Shown here piece by piece: positions 50,786-60,470 of a stretch of 64,000 nt of DNA. The stretch covers positions 2,048,001 through 2,112,000 of the forward strand of contig OY776562.1 of NCBI GenBank assembly GCA_963675785.1, read 5' to 3'. Each line of letters begins with the position of its first letter. Positions within the stretch are counted from its first letter, which is position 1. This DNA comes from Anaerolineae bacterium. Lineage in GTDB: Bacteria > Chloroflexota > Anaerolineae > UBA1429. The notes beneath the pieces were generated by a model. That model made no database searches and was not told the DNA's origin. It worked only from the letters and a program-made list of their open reading frames with translations. The position numbers and the translations under genes are program-made.

Positions 50786-52318
50786 ATGAATGAATCTGAG
50801 ATAGATCTTCGTACCATATTACAAACGCTTTACAGGTGGTGGTGGGTAATCATCCTCGTCGGTGGACTATCTGCTGTTGCCGCATTTGTCATTAGCACCC
50901 ACATGACGCCCACCTATGAATCGTCGACGCTCCTCATCGTTGGCGGCAGCATTGATAGTTCAACACCCACCAGTGGAGAGCTGCAAACGAGCGAAAAGCT
51001 GGCTACCACCTACGCAGAGTTGGCCGAGACAGATTCTGTTCTAAACGCTGCAATGGGTGAATTGGGCCTTCAGGAAAAACCTCGCGTGGTCTGCTCTGTC
51101 CTATCGGGAACACAATTGCTCCAGATAACCGTTTCCGATTCCGATCCTGTCCGGGCAGCAAACATCGCCAATGCGCTTGCAGAACAGCTTATTTTACAGG
51201 CACCAAACGGCTTGAGTGAGGAAAGTCTGGCCTATCAAGGTTTTGTCAAAGAACAGTTGGCGAATCTAGAACAGGAAATCGGGGATTTGAGCGAGGACAT
51301 TGCTCTGGCCGATAAAGATGGCGATACCGATGCAGTCACCCTCCTGGAAAATCAACTGCGAGAATATCGAAATACCTATTCCTCGTTGCTCGGCTACCTC
51401 GCCGATACCTCGACGAATTCGCTACGGATTTTTGAATCCGCCTCAGCGCCAGACGAACCCATCAAACCCGACGTGAAACAAAATACGATTCTGGCAGCAC
51501 TCATTGGCGTCATGCTCGCAGCAGGCATCATCTATCTCATCGACTATTTCGACGACACCATCAAAACGGACCAGGAGATCGAGCAGGCTTTCCATGTTCC
51601 CGCATTGGGGCACATTACTGAGATCAAGCCTGTGGAGGGCACGTCCGAGTTGGTCGATTGCGATAACCTGCTATCACGGCAAGCAGAGGAATACCGTATG
51701 CTCAACATGAGCTTAAAGTATTCGTTGCCTGCTGATGAGCTAACACGATCCTTCCTGTTCACCAGCACGAACGCCAGCGAGGGCAAATCCCTCACCACAG
51801 CCAACCTGGGGTGCGTAGCCGCCCTTGCCGGGCAGCGCGTCATCATCGTCGATGCCGATATGCGCAAACCCAGGCAAAACTCGCTGTTCTCCATCTCGGC
51901 TAGCCTGGGGCTTTCTTCCTACCTGGTAGGTGAAGCCCAAACTCTCTCAGAGGTCATCTGCCACACGCCTGCCGACAAGCTGGACTTGTTGCCCTGTGGC
52001 ACCATCCCCCCCAACCCCGCCGAACTGCTCATCTCAGCCAGGATGACATCCCTGCTGGAGGAGTTAAAGGCCGCCTACGACCTCGTGCTCATCGACACGC
52101 CGCCCGTACTGGCCGCAGCAGATGTGGCCGCTATCGCCAACCACGTGGATGGCGCCATTCTTGTGGTGCAAGCCGGCAAGACGCAATTCGGAGCGTTCTC
52201 TCAGGCGCTGGAGATTCTGAAAAGGGCCGAGGGCAAACTGCTGGGCGTGGTGATGAACCGCCTGCCAGTCAAGCATTCGCGGTATGCAGGGTACTATTAC
52301 AGTGAGTACAAGGTGTAG
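50786..52318 (+). CDS. Wzc-like polysaccharide co-polymerase/tyrosine autokinase
   Basis: Wzz N-terminus, EGKS Walker A, VDADMRKP, IDTPP, C-terminal Tyr cluster YAGYYYSEY. Confidence 0.92.
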   Translation: MNESEIDLRTILQTLYRWWWVIILVGGLSAVAAFVISTHMTPTYESSTLLIVGGSIDSSTPTSGELQTSEKLATTYAELAETDSVLNAAMGELGLQEKPRVVCSVLSGTQLLQITVSDSDPVRAANIANALAEQLILQAPNGLSEESLAYQGFVKEQLANLEQEIGDLSEDIALADKDGDTDAVTLLENQLREYRNTYSSLLGYLADTSTNSLRIFESASAPDEPIKPDVKQNTILAALIGVMLAAGIIYLIDYFDDTIKTDQEIEQAFHVPALGHITEIKPVEGTSELVDCDNLLSRQAEEYRMLNMSLKYSLPADELTRSFLFTSTNASEGKSLTTANLGCVAALAGQRVIIVDADMRKPRQNSLFSISASLGLSSYLVGEAQTLSEVICHTPADKLDLLPCGTIPPNPAELLISARMTSLLEELKAAYDLVLIDTPPVLAAADVAAIANHVDGAILVVQAGKTQFGAFSQALEILKRAEGKLLGVVMNRLPVKHSRYAGYYYSEYKV

Positions 52319-52463
52319 GGGGAGAATATAAGCATAATAGCTTGAGTCGGGGTTAAGATTAAGTATGTGTAACGCGAAACTACACAACACAGCTATTCCT
52401 AGCCCATAGGGCAGAATGATAGTCGCTCAAGAATCAGCAATACACCAATGCCGCTTCTTGAGA

Positions 52464-52780
52464 TTATATTTTATATCCGCACTCCTGGCGCCTATTTCGT
52501 GCCGTAGCTCTCTCCTCTTCAGTGAAGAGTTCAAAGTATTTTTCGTCAAGGACATGTGCCTCCACGGTCAAATCGAGTCGACCACACTCCCAAAGTCTAG
52601 TGTATCCTTCAGAAGGAGTCTCTTGGCGGTTCCAACCGCACCATATTCATCCAACATCTCGAAGAAACGTGTAGATGTATAGTGACACACTTGCTTTGCT
52701 CGCTTTGCTCGATGATATATCTCACGCATTGCGGCCTCGAAATCAGCCTCAATGGGGCCCCCATCATTTTTCATCTTCAC
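52464..52780 (-). pseudogene. Frameshifted small conserved-hypothetical gene
   Basis: Frame 1 reads ...YTSTRFFEMLDEYGAVGTAKRL; a shifted frame continues TPSEGYTRLWECGRLDLTVEAHVLDEKYFELFTEEERATARNR...GYKI* (stop 52464). Confidence 0.7.
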
Positions 52781-52922
52781 GCTCCTGCGACAATGATCCC
52801 TGATAATGCCGAATATGAAGCAATTCTTGTTTTATTGATAAACTTACAACTGACATTAAAAGCTAGCTAATCAGTTAGAAAATCAAGCTCATATCATCTC
52901 ATCGAAAGTCCAATCGTACATC

Positions 52923-52954
52923 AAAAAAGCTCCTGTATCCAAAGATACAGGAGC
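52923..52954 (-). terminator. Intrinsic terminator downstream of the relic gene end
   Basis: GCTCCTGTATC-tttg-GATACAGGAGC followed by T6 on the minus strand. Confidence 0.8.
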
Positions 52955-52980
52955 CTCTCATACATTACACTTCTACACTT

Positions 52981-53083
52981 GCTCAGTGCCATCTCAATCG
53001 GTCACCACATACAAATTAGGCATGAAAGACAGATAAATCTCCTTGATCATGAACGGGTGATAGGCCTCGATGACCGAGCGGGC
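52981..53083 (-). repeat. Decayed direct-repeat copy of the amidohydrolase 3' end (54239-54341)
   Basis: Ungapped hand alignment, 88/103 identical; TGG->TGA nonsense change in the copy. Confidence 0.9.
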
Positions 53084-53088
53084 TGCCT

Positions 53089-54072
53089 TTACATAGACTG
53101 CCTTGCCTCCTCCTGTGGGTAGAGGAAACACAACCCCAAAGGCACAAGTACTGGATATAAAGACATGAGCATACGCACTTCATACCAATAGCCCCAAACC
53201 ATAATAGTAATCAGATAGAAAGGTATCACCAGAGCAACACGTTTCAGAAAGCGTGGCGCATGTTTGAATCCAAACAATGAAAAGAACCAGAAACCGCCCA
53301 AGAATAGACTGACATTGACGAATGTGCGAAGCAAGCGATCTGGCATGAGATTGCACGCTAGTATGTCCGCAATTGTTCCCACGTGGGGAGCATCTCCACG
53401 AAAGTAGCGAAGCCCCAAAAAGATCATCGTCCATGTTAGTAGCAATCCGCCGCCCACAAGAACTATGTTCCGGCTAGACCGGTTTCTGACCTTTAAGATA
53501 CCTTTTACGTCAAGTGTAAATCCGAATATCAGGGGTATGAATACCGCTGTTTCTCGGTTCAATGAGGCCAGCGCCATGATCAACCCCAGAATCCAATAAT
53601 GTTTGCCGCGAATCGCAATCAACGCCGCTGAAAAGAAAGCGGGTTCTAATAAAGACCAAGGCTGGAAGTAGTGATTCTGAAATGTGATGGGCATCACACC
53701 GGCAATAAATAGAACGCCTATAAGCGCTTGATCTTGGCTAAACCAGAGCTTCAGCCACAGAAAAAGCATCATGAGTGTGGCAAATATGCTTGCCAGATCA
53801 CACATCACATAGGCTGCTAGGAAGGCTGATTTTGCAGAAAGGACCAGGGACAAGGCTCTTGTAAGGATCTCAGCTACGAAAGGGATGAGTATTCTGTAGC
53901 GATAGGGCGAAGGAGCTGTTCCCGCTATGATCTGGTTATGCAGATCTAGTCGTGATCCATAGCTCAGCAATTCGACTCGACAAAAGTATACATACGTTAA
54001 CACAGCTGATACAGAGAGAATGAGGAGGAGAACCCTCGAATCTATTTTCTTTTCAGTATCTCGAATTGCCAT
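53089..54072 (-). CDS. Polytopic membrane protein of unknown function, likely horizontally acquired
   Basis: APSPYRYRIL, ASLNRETAVF, EVRM motifs; many TMs; visibly lower GC and AT-rich upstream region. Confidence 0.75.
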   Translation of the reverse strand: MAIRDTEKKIDSRVLLLILSVSAVLTYVYFCRVELLSYGSRLDLHNQIIAGTAPSPYRYRILIPFVAEILTRALSLVLSAKSAFLAAYVMCDLASIFATLMMLFLWLKLWFSQDQALIGVLFIAGVMPITFQNHYFQPWSLLEPAFFSAALIAIRGKHYWILGLIMALASLNRETAVFIPLIFGFTLDVKGILKVRNRSSRNIVLVGGGLLLTWTMIFLGLRYFRGDAPHVGTIADILACNLMPDRLLRTFVNVSLFLGGFWFFSLFGFKHAPRFLKRVALVIPFYLITIMVWGYWYEVRMLMSLYPVLVPLGLCFLYPQEEARQSM

Positions 54073-54233
54073 TGCACCCTTCATTTTACCATGAAAACAG
54101 GTTGACCATCCTAATGACACAAGTTTTATATTGGAAAACTATATTAAAAAACACAATAGAACATAAAAATATATCTTATCAAGCAAGGAACATGAAAAAT
54201 ATTAGAGGCTAGATAGAAAATCTCACTGGCCAC

Positions 54234-55568
54234 TTATAGCTCAGCGCCATCCCAATCGGTCACCATGTACAAATCACGCATGAACGACAGATAACTCTCT
54301 TTGGTCATGGGCGGGTGGTAAGCCTCGATGACCGAGCGAGCCTCGGCGGCGCCGTCGATGAGCAGATCAATGATGGTCATGGCAGCGGCACGGGCGGGGG
54401 CCATATAGGCCATGTCCTCGTCCACCACGCAGTAATCGGCGCCATGGCCAGTTCCTCCGCAGCCACGAGCCGTAGCCTCGATGGCCGGCATGATGTGGCT
54501 CAGATCGCCAATATCGGTCGAGCCAAAGCCGCGCTCAGGCGCGCTCCAGCCATCCTCCCCCACCAGGGTGATGGCGTTGCGCTTGTAAACCTCTACCAGT
54601 TCGTCCGAAACCAGCTTGGGCAAATAGCCGGGCAGGGTCTCGATGCGCACCTTGGCACCCATGGCCAGCGCGCCCGCCTTGAGCGAGCGATCGACTTTGG
54701 CCGCGGCCTCCAAAATAGCCGGCACGGTAGCGCCACGCACATAGGTTTCCATGCGCACGTCGGCGGGCACCACATTCACCAGTTCGCCGCCCTTGGTGAT
54801 GATGGGATGCACGCGAATGTGGTCCGAATCCTTGAACGTCTCGCGGTTGGCATCGATGGCCTGTAGGCCCAGCATGGCCGCCTTGAGGGCGTTGATTCCC
54901 GCATGGGGCGCGCCACCGGCATGGGCCGCCTTGCCCGTGTAGCGAATCTGTTTAACCACACAGCCATTGGAGGGGCCGCCCACCGAAAAGAGGGAGCCCT
55001 CGCTCGCACTGGATTGGTGGGTCGCAAGACAGAGATCAATGTCGTCAAAGGCGCCAAGCTGGATCATCTCCGGCTTGCCCCCTAAGAACTCGATCTTGCC
55101 CTCTTTACGCAGACCCAGGCGGTAAGCCACCTCGACATACTCCTCGGCGGGCACCGACATGAGCGCCAGATTGCCGTCCAGCTCGTCCATCACGCCGGAT
55201 TCGGCAAAACCGTAGGCCAAGGCCACCAGGTTGGCGATCTGGGCGTTGTGGCCGCAGGCATGAGCCGCGCCCGTCTCCGGGTCGGCGTCGGGGTGATCCT
55301 TGACCAGCACCGAATCCAGCTCGCTCAGGTACGCCACGGTAGGGCCCTCGCTGCACCCTTTGAACACCGTCTTGGAGCCAGTGATGGCCAACCCCGTGGT
55401 GGGCTTGAGGCCCAAACCAGTGAGGTGCTTCTCCACCAGGGCAGCGGTGCGGTGTTCCTTATAGCCCAACTCGGGGTGCACGCGAATATCCTCGCCCAGG
55501 GTCACGATCTCGTCGCGGTGGGCATCGATAGCGCGGCAGACCCGCTCTTTGAGTTCTTCCCGATTCAT
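54234..55568 (-). CDS. M20-family amidohydrolase
   Basis: HPELGYKE, ELD, HACGHNAQ, PAEEY, GKAAHAG, GSTDIGD. Confidence 0.92.
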   Translation of the reverse strand: MNREELKERVCRAIDAHRDEIVTLGEDIRVHPELGYKEHRTAALVEKHLTGLGLKPTTGLAITGSKTVFKGCSEGPTVAYLSELDSVLVKDHPDADPETGAAHACGHNAQIANLVALAYGFAESGVMDELDGNLALMSVPAEEYVEVAYRLGLRKEGKIEFLGGKPEMIQLGAFDDIDLCLATHQSSASEGSLFSVGGPSNGCVVKQIRYTGKAAHAGGAPHAGINALKAAMLGLQAIDANRETFKDSDHIRVHPIITKGGELVNVVPADVRMETYVRGATVPAILEAAAKVDRSLKAGALAMGAKVRIETLPGYLPKLVSDELVEVYKRNAITLVGEDGWSAPERGFGSTDIGDLSHIMPAIEATARGCGGTGHGADYCVVDEDMAYMAPARAAAMTIIDLLIDGAAEARSVIEAYHPPMTKESYLSFMRDLYMVTDWDGAEL

Positions 55569-55590
55569 GGCGTACCTCGCTTTATGTGAA

Positions 55591-56925
55591 CTAGATTTCG
55601 ACGCCGTTCTGCTGCACCACCTGGCTATAGTAGCGGGCACTGTCCTTGAGGATGCGCTCTTGTGTTTTGAAATCGACATAGACGATGCCAAAGCGCCGCT
55701 CATAGCCCCAAGCCCACTCAAAGTTGTCCATCAGCGACCAGGCATAATAGCCCTTGAGCGGTGCGCCCATCTCGATAGCCTTGTGTGCTGCCACAAAATG
55801 CTTGCGATAGTAATCGATGCGCTTAACATCGTGTACTTTGCCATCTTCCACCACATCCGGGTAGGCACAACCGTTCTCCGTGATATAGATAGCCTTGGGG
55901 GCATAGTCATTGGTCAAACGCATGAGCAAATCGGTCAGGCCCTGCGGATAGACCTCCCAATCCATGGCGGTGTATTCACCAGCCGGGTGCAACGAGGTGT
56001 ATTCCAACGGCTTGGAGGCATCGTATTTGGCCACATCGCGGGTGTAATAGTTGACACCCAAAAAGTCGATGGGCTGGCTGATGATGGCCATGTCGTCCGG
56101 TTCGATACGCGGCACCTGAGCGCCGTATACATCCCACATATCCTCTGGGTAGCTGCCTTTGAAGATGGGATCAGCGAACCAGCGGTTGAGCTGGCCATCG
56201 CTGCGGCTGGCCGCAAGCTGATCCTCATCCCTATCAGTAGCGGGGTAGACGTGGTTCATGTTCAGGGTAATACCCACCTGGGCATCAGCGCCGCCCAACT
56301 CGCGCAGCACTTGCATCGAAAGGCCGTGAGAGACCAGCAGGTGATGAGCCACTTGTAGAGCAATGCCACGATCCTCAACGCCGGGAGCGTGGTCGCCAGT
56401 TAGATTTCCCAGCATGGAGACCACCCAGGGCTCGTTGTGAGTGATCCACGTTTTCACACGATCGCCCAGGCGATTAGCCACCACTTCGGTGTAATCCTGG
56501 AAACGATAGATGGTATCGCGCGAGGCCCAGCCACCCAGCTTTTGCAGCTCAGAGGGCAGGTCCCAATGGTAGAGGGTTACGGCTGGCTGAATGTTGTACT
56601 TGAGCAGCTCATCGACCAACTTGTCGTAAAAGTCGAGGCCGGCCTCGTCCACCTTGCCCTTGCCGGCTGGCAGCACGCGGGGCCAGGCGATGGAAAAGCG
56701 GTAGGTCTGCATGCCCAGCTCTGCCATCATGGCCACGTCCTCGCGATAGCGATGCACATGGTCATTGGCCACATCACCGGTATCGCCGTTCAGCACCTTG
56801 CCGGGCCAGCGGCAAAACTCGTCCCAAATACACATGCCGCGTTCATCAGCAGCCCCTTCGATTTGAAACGAACTGGTGGCCGTGCCCCAGATGAAATCCT
56901 TTGGAAAGCTCAATATATCGGACAT
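55591..56925 (-). CDS. GH1 beta-glucosidase
   Basis: FIWGTATSSFQIEG, TLYHWDLP, HNEP, ITENG, WSLMDNFEW. Confidence 0.95.
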   Translation of the reverse strand: MSDILSFPKDFIWGTATSSFQIEGAADERGMCIWDEFCRWPGKVLNGDTGDVANDHVHRYREDVAMMAELGMQTYRFSIAWPRVLPAGKGKVDEAGLDFYDKLVDELLKYNIQPAVTLYHWDLPSELQKLGGWASRDTIYRFQDYTEVVANRLGDRVKTWITHNEPWVVSMLGNLTGDHAPGVEDRGIALQVAHHLLVSHGLSMQVLRELGGADAQVGITLNMNHVYPATDRDEDQLAASRSDGQLNRWFADPIFKGSYPEDMWDVYGAQVPRIEPDDMAIISQPIDFLGVNYYTRDVAKYDASKPLEYTSLHPAGEYTAMDWEVYPQGLTDLLMRLTNDYAPKAIYITENGCAYPDVVEDGKVHDVKRIDYYRKHFVAAHKAIEMGAPLKGYYAWSLMDNFEWAWGYERRFGIVYVDFKTQERILKDSARYYSQVVQQNGVEI

Positions 56926-57065
56926 TGCATTCTTCTCCTCTAAGAAAATCTTGGCCAGTCTAAAGCGAGAGACGTTATCTGTCAATCATAGGCCAGTCTA
57001 CCGTTGTTTTTAGCCCCTCTATTTGATAGACTGGAACAAGATAGATCATAGCAAAGGAGCATCAT

Positions 57066-57521
57066 ATGATCACCGAAGGACAGGTAGCACCTGATTTTAC
57101 ACTTGAATCTGACGAGGGTGAACAAGTTACTCTTTCGTCATTTCGCGGTAAAAAGATCGTTCTCTATTTCTATCCCAAAGACGATACGCCGGGTTGTACC
57201 AAAGAGGCCTGCAGTTTCCGCGATGACTATGGCCAATTCACCGCCAAGGGTGCGGTGGTAATTGGCGTTAGCCCCGATGGGCAGGCGTCGCATAACAAGT
57301 TCCGCGCCAAGTACGAGCTACCGTTCCTGCTGCTCAGCGACCCCGATCATGCCGTCGCCGAGACGTACGGTGCCTGGGGCGACAAGCAAATGTACGGCAA
57401 GACCTATCAGGGCATTCTCCGCTCTACCTTTGTCATTGACGAGAACGGCAAGATTGCCAAAGCCTTTATCAACGTCAAACCTGCCGGGCACGCACAACAA
57501 GTGCTGCCCTTCCTGGATTAA
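57066..57521 (+). CDS. bcp: Thioredoxin-dependent peroxiredoxin Bcp
   Basis: YFYPKDDTPGCTKEACSFRD. Confidence 0.95.
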   Translation: MITEGQVAPDFTLESDEGEQVTLSSFRGKKIVLYFYPKDDTPGCTKEACSFRDDYGQFTAKGAVVIGVSPDGQASHNKFRAKYELPFLLLSDPDHAVAETYGAWGDKQMYGKTYQGILRSTFVIDENGKIAKAFINVKPAGHAQQVLPFLD

Positions 57522-57524
57522 GAT

Positions 57525-58766
57525 ATGTCAGAGACTGCCCAGTCAGCCGCCCTGCCCTGCTATCCTGGCTTTGTAACACCCGAGATCGCAGGCACCGGGG
57601 GTACAATCCGCGATCATGACGCCGATTTTTGCGTCGAAGAGCTGCCCCTCTACCGTCCAACTGGTGAGGGGCAGCATACACTTTTCCTCATCGAAAAAGA
57701 GGGCATCGACACCCGCCGGGCCGTCCGCGATATCTCCCGCGTGCTGCACACCAGCCCCCGCAATGTGGGCACGGCCGGGCTAAAAGACGCCCACGCCATC
57801 ACCCGACAATGGCTTTCGGTGGAGGGTGTGGCTCCCGAGCGCTTGTTCTCACTGGATCTGCCACATATCAAGGTGTTGGAAGCAGCGCGCCATCGCAACC
57901 GCCTCAAGATCGGCCATCTCAAGGGCAATCGCTTTTCCATTCGTATTCGTAACGTCGAGCCTGCTGCACTGCAAACTGCCGAGCAGGTCATGCAGATTCT
58001 AGCGGCCAAGGGCGTGCAGAATGGCTTTGGGCCGCAGCGTTTTGGCTTGCGCGGCAAGAGCCATCTTTTGGGTTCGGCCAGCATCCGCCAGGATTGGGAC
58101 GCTTTTTACCATCACTTTTTGGGTGCCCCCAGCGAGGATGACGAACCAGCCGAAAAACAGGCTCGTAGCGCTTTTGACGCAGGCGATATCGAGACCGCGC
58201 TGACTACCTGGCCCTATCGCGGTGGGGAAGAAACCCAGGCGTTGCAAGCCTGGGCCCACGGCACCAAACCACAAGCCATTTATGCGAATCTGCCTCTTTC
58301 GTTGCGAAGGTTGTTCGCGGCCGCCTATCAAGCGCATCTCTTTAACCTGTTGCTGGCCCAACGCCTCGATGAAATGGGTACGCTGTTGGACGGTGATCTG
58401 GCCATCAAGCATGAGAACGGCGCCTTTTTCCTGGTTGAGGATGCCGCCGCAGAGCAGCCGCGCGCCGACGCCCTAGAGATCAGCCCTTCAGCACCACTGT
58501 ACGGGTTCAAAGTACGTCTTGCTCACGGCGTGCCCGGAGATCATGAGCATGAATTGATGCGCCGAGAAGGGCTGGATGAGGATATCTGGCGCGTGGGACA
58601 TGGCGTGCGCATGCCCGGCGAGCGGCGCCCATTGCGAGTTCCGCTGATGGAAGAACCGCGAGTGTTTTGGGACGAGGGTATTATGGTGCAGTTTGCGCTG
58701 CCGCCGGGGGCTTATGCCACCAACATTGTTCGCGAAATTACCAAAGAAGAGAGCCCTGGAGATTAA
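57525..58766 (+). CDS. truD: tRNA pseudouridine(13) synthase
   Basis: DFCVEE, AGLKDAHAITRQ, GNRFSI, FGPQRFG, LPPGAYAT. Confidence 0.93.
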   Translation: MSETAQSAALPCYPGFVTPEIAGTGGTIRDHDADFCVEELPLYRPTGEGQHTLFLIEKEGIDTRRAVRDISRVLHTSPRNVGTAGLKDAHAITRQWLSVEGVAPERLFSLDLPHIKVLEAARHRNRLKIGHLKGNRFSIRIRNVEPAALQTAEQVMQILAAKGVQNGFGPQRFGLRGKSHLLGSASIRQDWDAFYHHFLGAPSEDDEPAEKQARSAFDAGDIETALTTWPYRGGEETQALQAWAHGTKPQAIYANLPLSLRRLFAAAYQAHLFNLLLAQRLDEMGTLLDGDLAIKHENGAFFLVEDAAAEQPRADALEISPSAPLYGFKVRLAHGVPGDHEHELMRREGLDEDIWRVGHGVRMPGERRPLRVPLMEEPRVFWDEGIMVQFALPPGAYATNIVREITKEESPGD

Positions 58767-58780
58767 TCTCCAGGGCTCTT
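58750..58780. terminator. Hairpin overlapping truD stop between convergent genes
   Basis: AGAGCCCTGGAGAT-ta-ATCTCCAGGGCTCT. Confidence 0.65.
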
Positions 58781-58782
58781 AT

Positions 58783-59547
58783 TTAGCTTGCGGGCTCTTG
58801 CTCGTGTTTCATCGGCCTGGCTAGTTTAGAGAGAAGAACGCCAATCTCGAACAGGAAGTAGATCGGCACCATGACAATCACCATGTTGATCGGATCAGGT
58901 GTTGGCGTCACCAGGGCCGCCACCACCGCCGCAATAACGATGGCATACTTGCGAGCCTTGGCATATTGTTGGCTGGTGACAATGCCCATGCGTGCAAAGA
59001 GGTACATGAGCAGCGGCGTTTGGAATACCACGCCCATCCAGAACATCACTCGCGTTGTGAACGATACATAGCTTTGCAGTGTCCACTGGTTGTTCACAAT
59101 TTCAGACAGGAACCCCTGCATAAAGGTGATGGCCGCCGGTAACATGACGTACGCGGCAAAAGCAATGCCACCCGCAAAAAAGATCGTCACGCCGGGAAGC
59201 ATAAAATACAAATAGCGCCTCTCGTTGGGGAGCATTGCTGGCAAAATAAAGGCAATGATCTCATAGACAATGACCGGCATGGCGCCGATCAAGCCTAAAA
59301 TGAGCGCGATTTTGAAATAGACCACCAGCGATTCGGTCGGTTCGATAGTTTGGGGCACATAATCGCCTAGCGGCACAAGCAACACCTCTAGGAAATTCTG
59401 GGTGAACATCATGCCGATAACCATACCGATGACCACGGCGATAACGGCCACAATCAAACGAGTACGCAGTTCAAGCAAATGCTCAATAATGGTGAGCTCA
59501 CGTTCGTCTCGGGGCGTCTTGGGGCTTTCTGTTACGGCTTCTGCCAT
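58783..59547 (-). CDS. tatC: Twin-arginine translocase subunit TatC
   Basis: EHLLELRTRL, FILPAM...ERR, VTPTPDP. Confidence 0.95.
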   Translation of the reverse strand: MAEAVTESPKTPRDERELTIIEHLLELRTRLIVAVIAVVIGMVIGMMFTQNFLEVLLVPLGDYVPQTIEPTESLVVYFKIALILGLIGAMPVIVYEIIAFILPAMLPNERRYLYFMLPGVTIFFAGGIAFAAYVMLPAAITFMQGFLSEIVNNQWTLQSYVSFTTRVMFWMGVVFQTPLLMYLFARMGIVTSQQYAKARKYAIVIAAVVAALVTPTPDPINMVIVMVPIYFLFEIGVLLSKLARPMKHEQEPAS

Positions 59548-59549
59548 GG

Positions 59550-60419
59550 CTATCGCCCCCCTTCATCCTGGTCATCGCTAAAGGAGAATGACAAGGCATC
59601 GCCAAGCGCATCCAGTGGATCATCAGAATCCGTTGGGGACGATTGGGCGGGCTTCTCGACAGTTTTCACCCTAGTCGAAGGCGTCTGCGGTGCAGATGCT
59701 TGTGCAGGCTTGGATTCCGTAGCAACGGCGGATTGCGGCTCAGCTGTTGATTTGGATTCTTCCCTTTTCGGTTCCTCGTCCAAACCAAAAGCACTGCCAA
59801 GCAAATCCGAGATGTCGCCATCCGGCACAGAGACGGGTGGTGCTGCCGGTTTGGGCGTGGGTGTAGAAGCAGGTTGTGTTACTTTGGTAGAAGTTCGGGT
59901 AGAGCGGGAGACAACCGCCTTTTCGGCAGCAGCGATCGCGAGAACCTCATCCACAGGCGGCTGCTGAACAGTTACCGCAGGTTCTGGGGCAGATTCGGCC
60001 ACAGACGTAGGAGCAGATTCAACAGAAACAGCACCATCCTGCTCATTCGAGAGGGATTCGAGTAGCGCTATAGCTTCTTCATCACTCTTATCTCGCACAG
60101 ACGCAGGCTTTTTTGAGGGCACAGAACTAGACGCTGTCGTGTTCGCCTTTTTATCAGGAATAGCGAACTGCGTCGGCGTAAAGCGCCACTGTGTTGGCGT
60201 CTTGTTTTTTTCTGAAAGCTCTTCAATCTCGGCGTCCTGAACGACGCCTTCGAGTGCATCTTTGAACTCTTTGGTTACCTCTGAGGTCTCACGACGAAAT
60301 TGGGCGAACCATTTTCCAGCCTTGCCGGAATATTCGACCATCTTTTCGGGACCCACAGCCACCATAGCCAGAACGAGGATAACCAACAATTCTGGGATGC
60401 CGATCCCAAAGATATCCAT
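59550..60419 (-). CDS. tatB: TatA/TatB-family subunit with long low-complexity tail
   Basis: FGIGIPELLVILVLAMVAVGPEK then amphipathic helix; upstream of tatC. Confidence 0.8.
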   Translation of the reverse strand: MDIFGIGIPELLVILVLAMVAVGPEKMVEYSGKAGKWFAQFRRETSEVTKEFKDALEGVVQDAEIEELSEKNKTPTQWRFTPTQFAIPDKKANTTASSSVPSKKPASVRDKSDEEAIALLESLSNEQDGAVSVESAPTSVAESAPEPAVTVQQPPVDEVLAIAAAEKAVVSRSTRTSTKVTQPASTPTPKPAAPPVSVPDGDISDLLGSAFGLDEEPKREESKSTAEPQSAVATESKPAQASAPQTPSTRVKTVEKPAQSSPTDSDDPLDALGDALSFSFSDDQDEGGR

Positions 60420-60470
60420 CTAACGATTCCTCCTCGTGTTGCGCCGGCAAGGCACTAGTCGTCGATACGG

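Noticed and set aside
52426-52463. Imperfect inverted repeat CTCAAGAA...TTCTTGAG after the pseudogene as an integron attC site
   Set aside because: No RYYYAAC/GTTRRRY ends, no second copy and no integrase
52991-52997. In-frame TGA in the duplicated segment as selenocysteine or recoding
   Set aside because: It replaces a Trp codon (TGG) in a start-less fragment that has other degenerative changes
52981-54341. Diversity-generating retroelement TR/VR pair
   Set aside because: The 15 mismatches are not adenine-specific on either strand and no reverse transcriptase is present in the window
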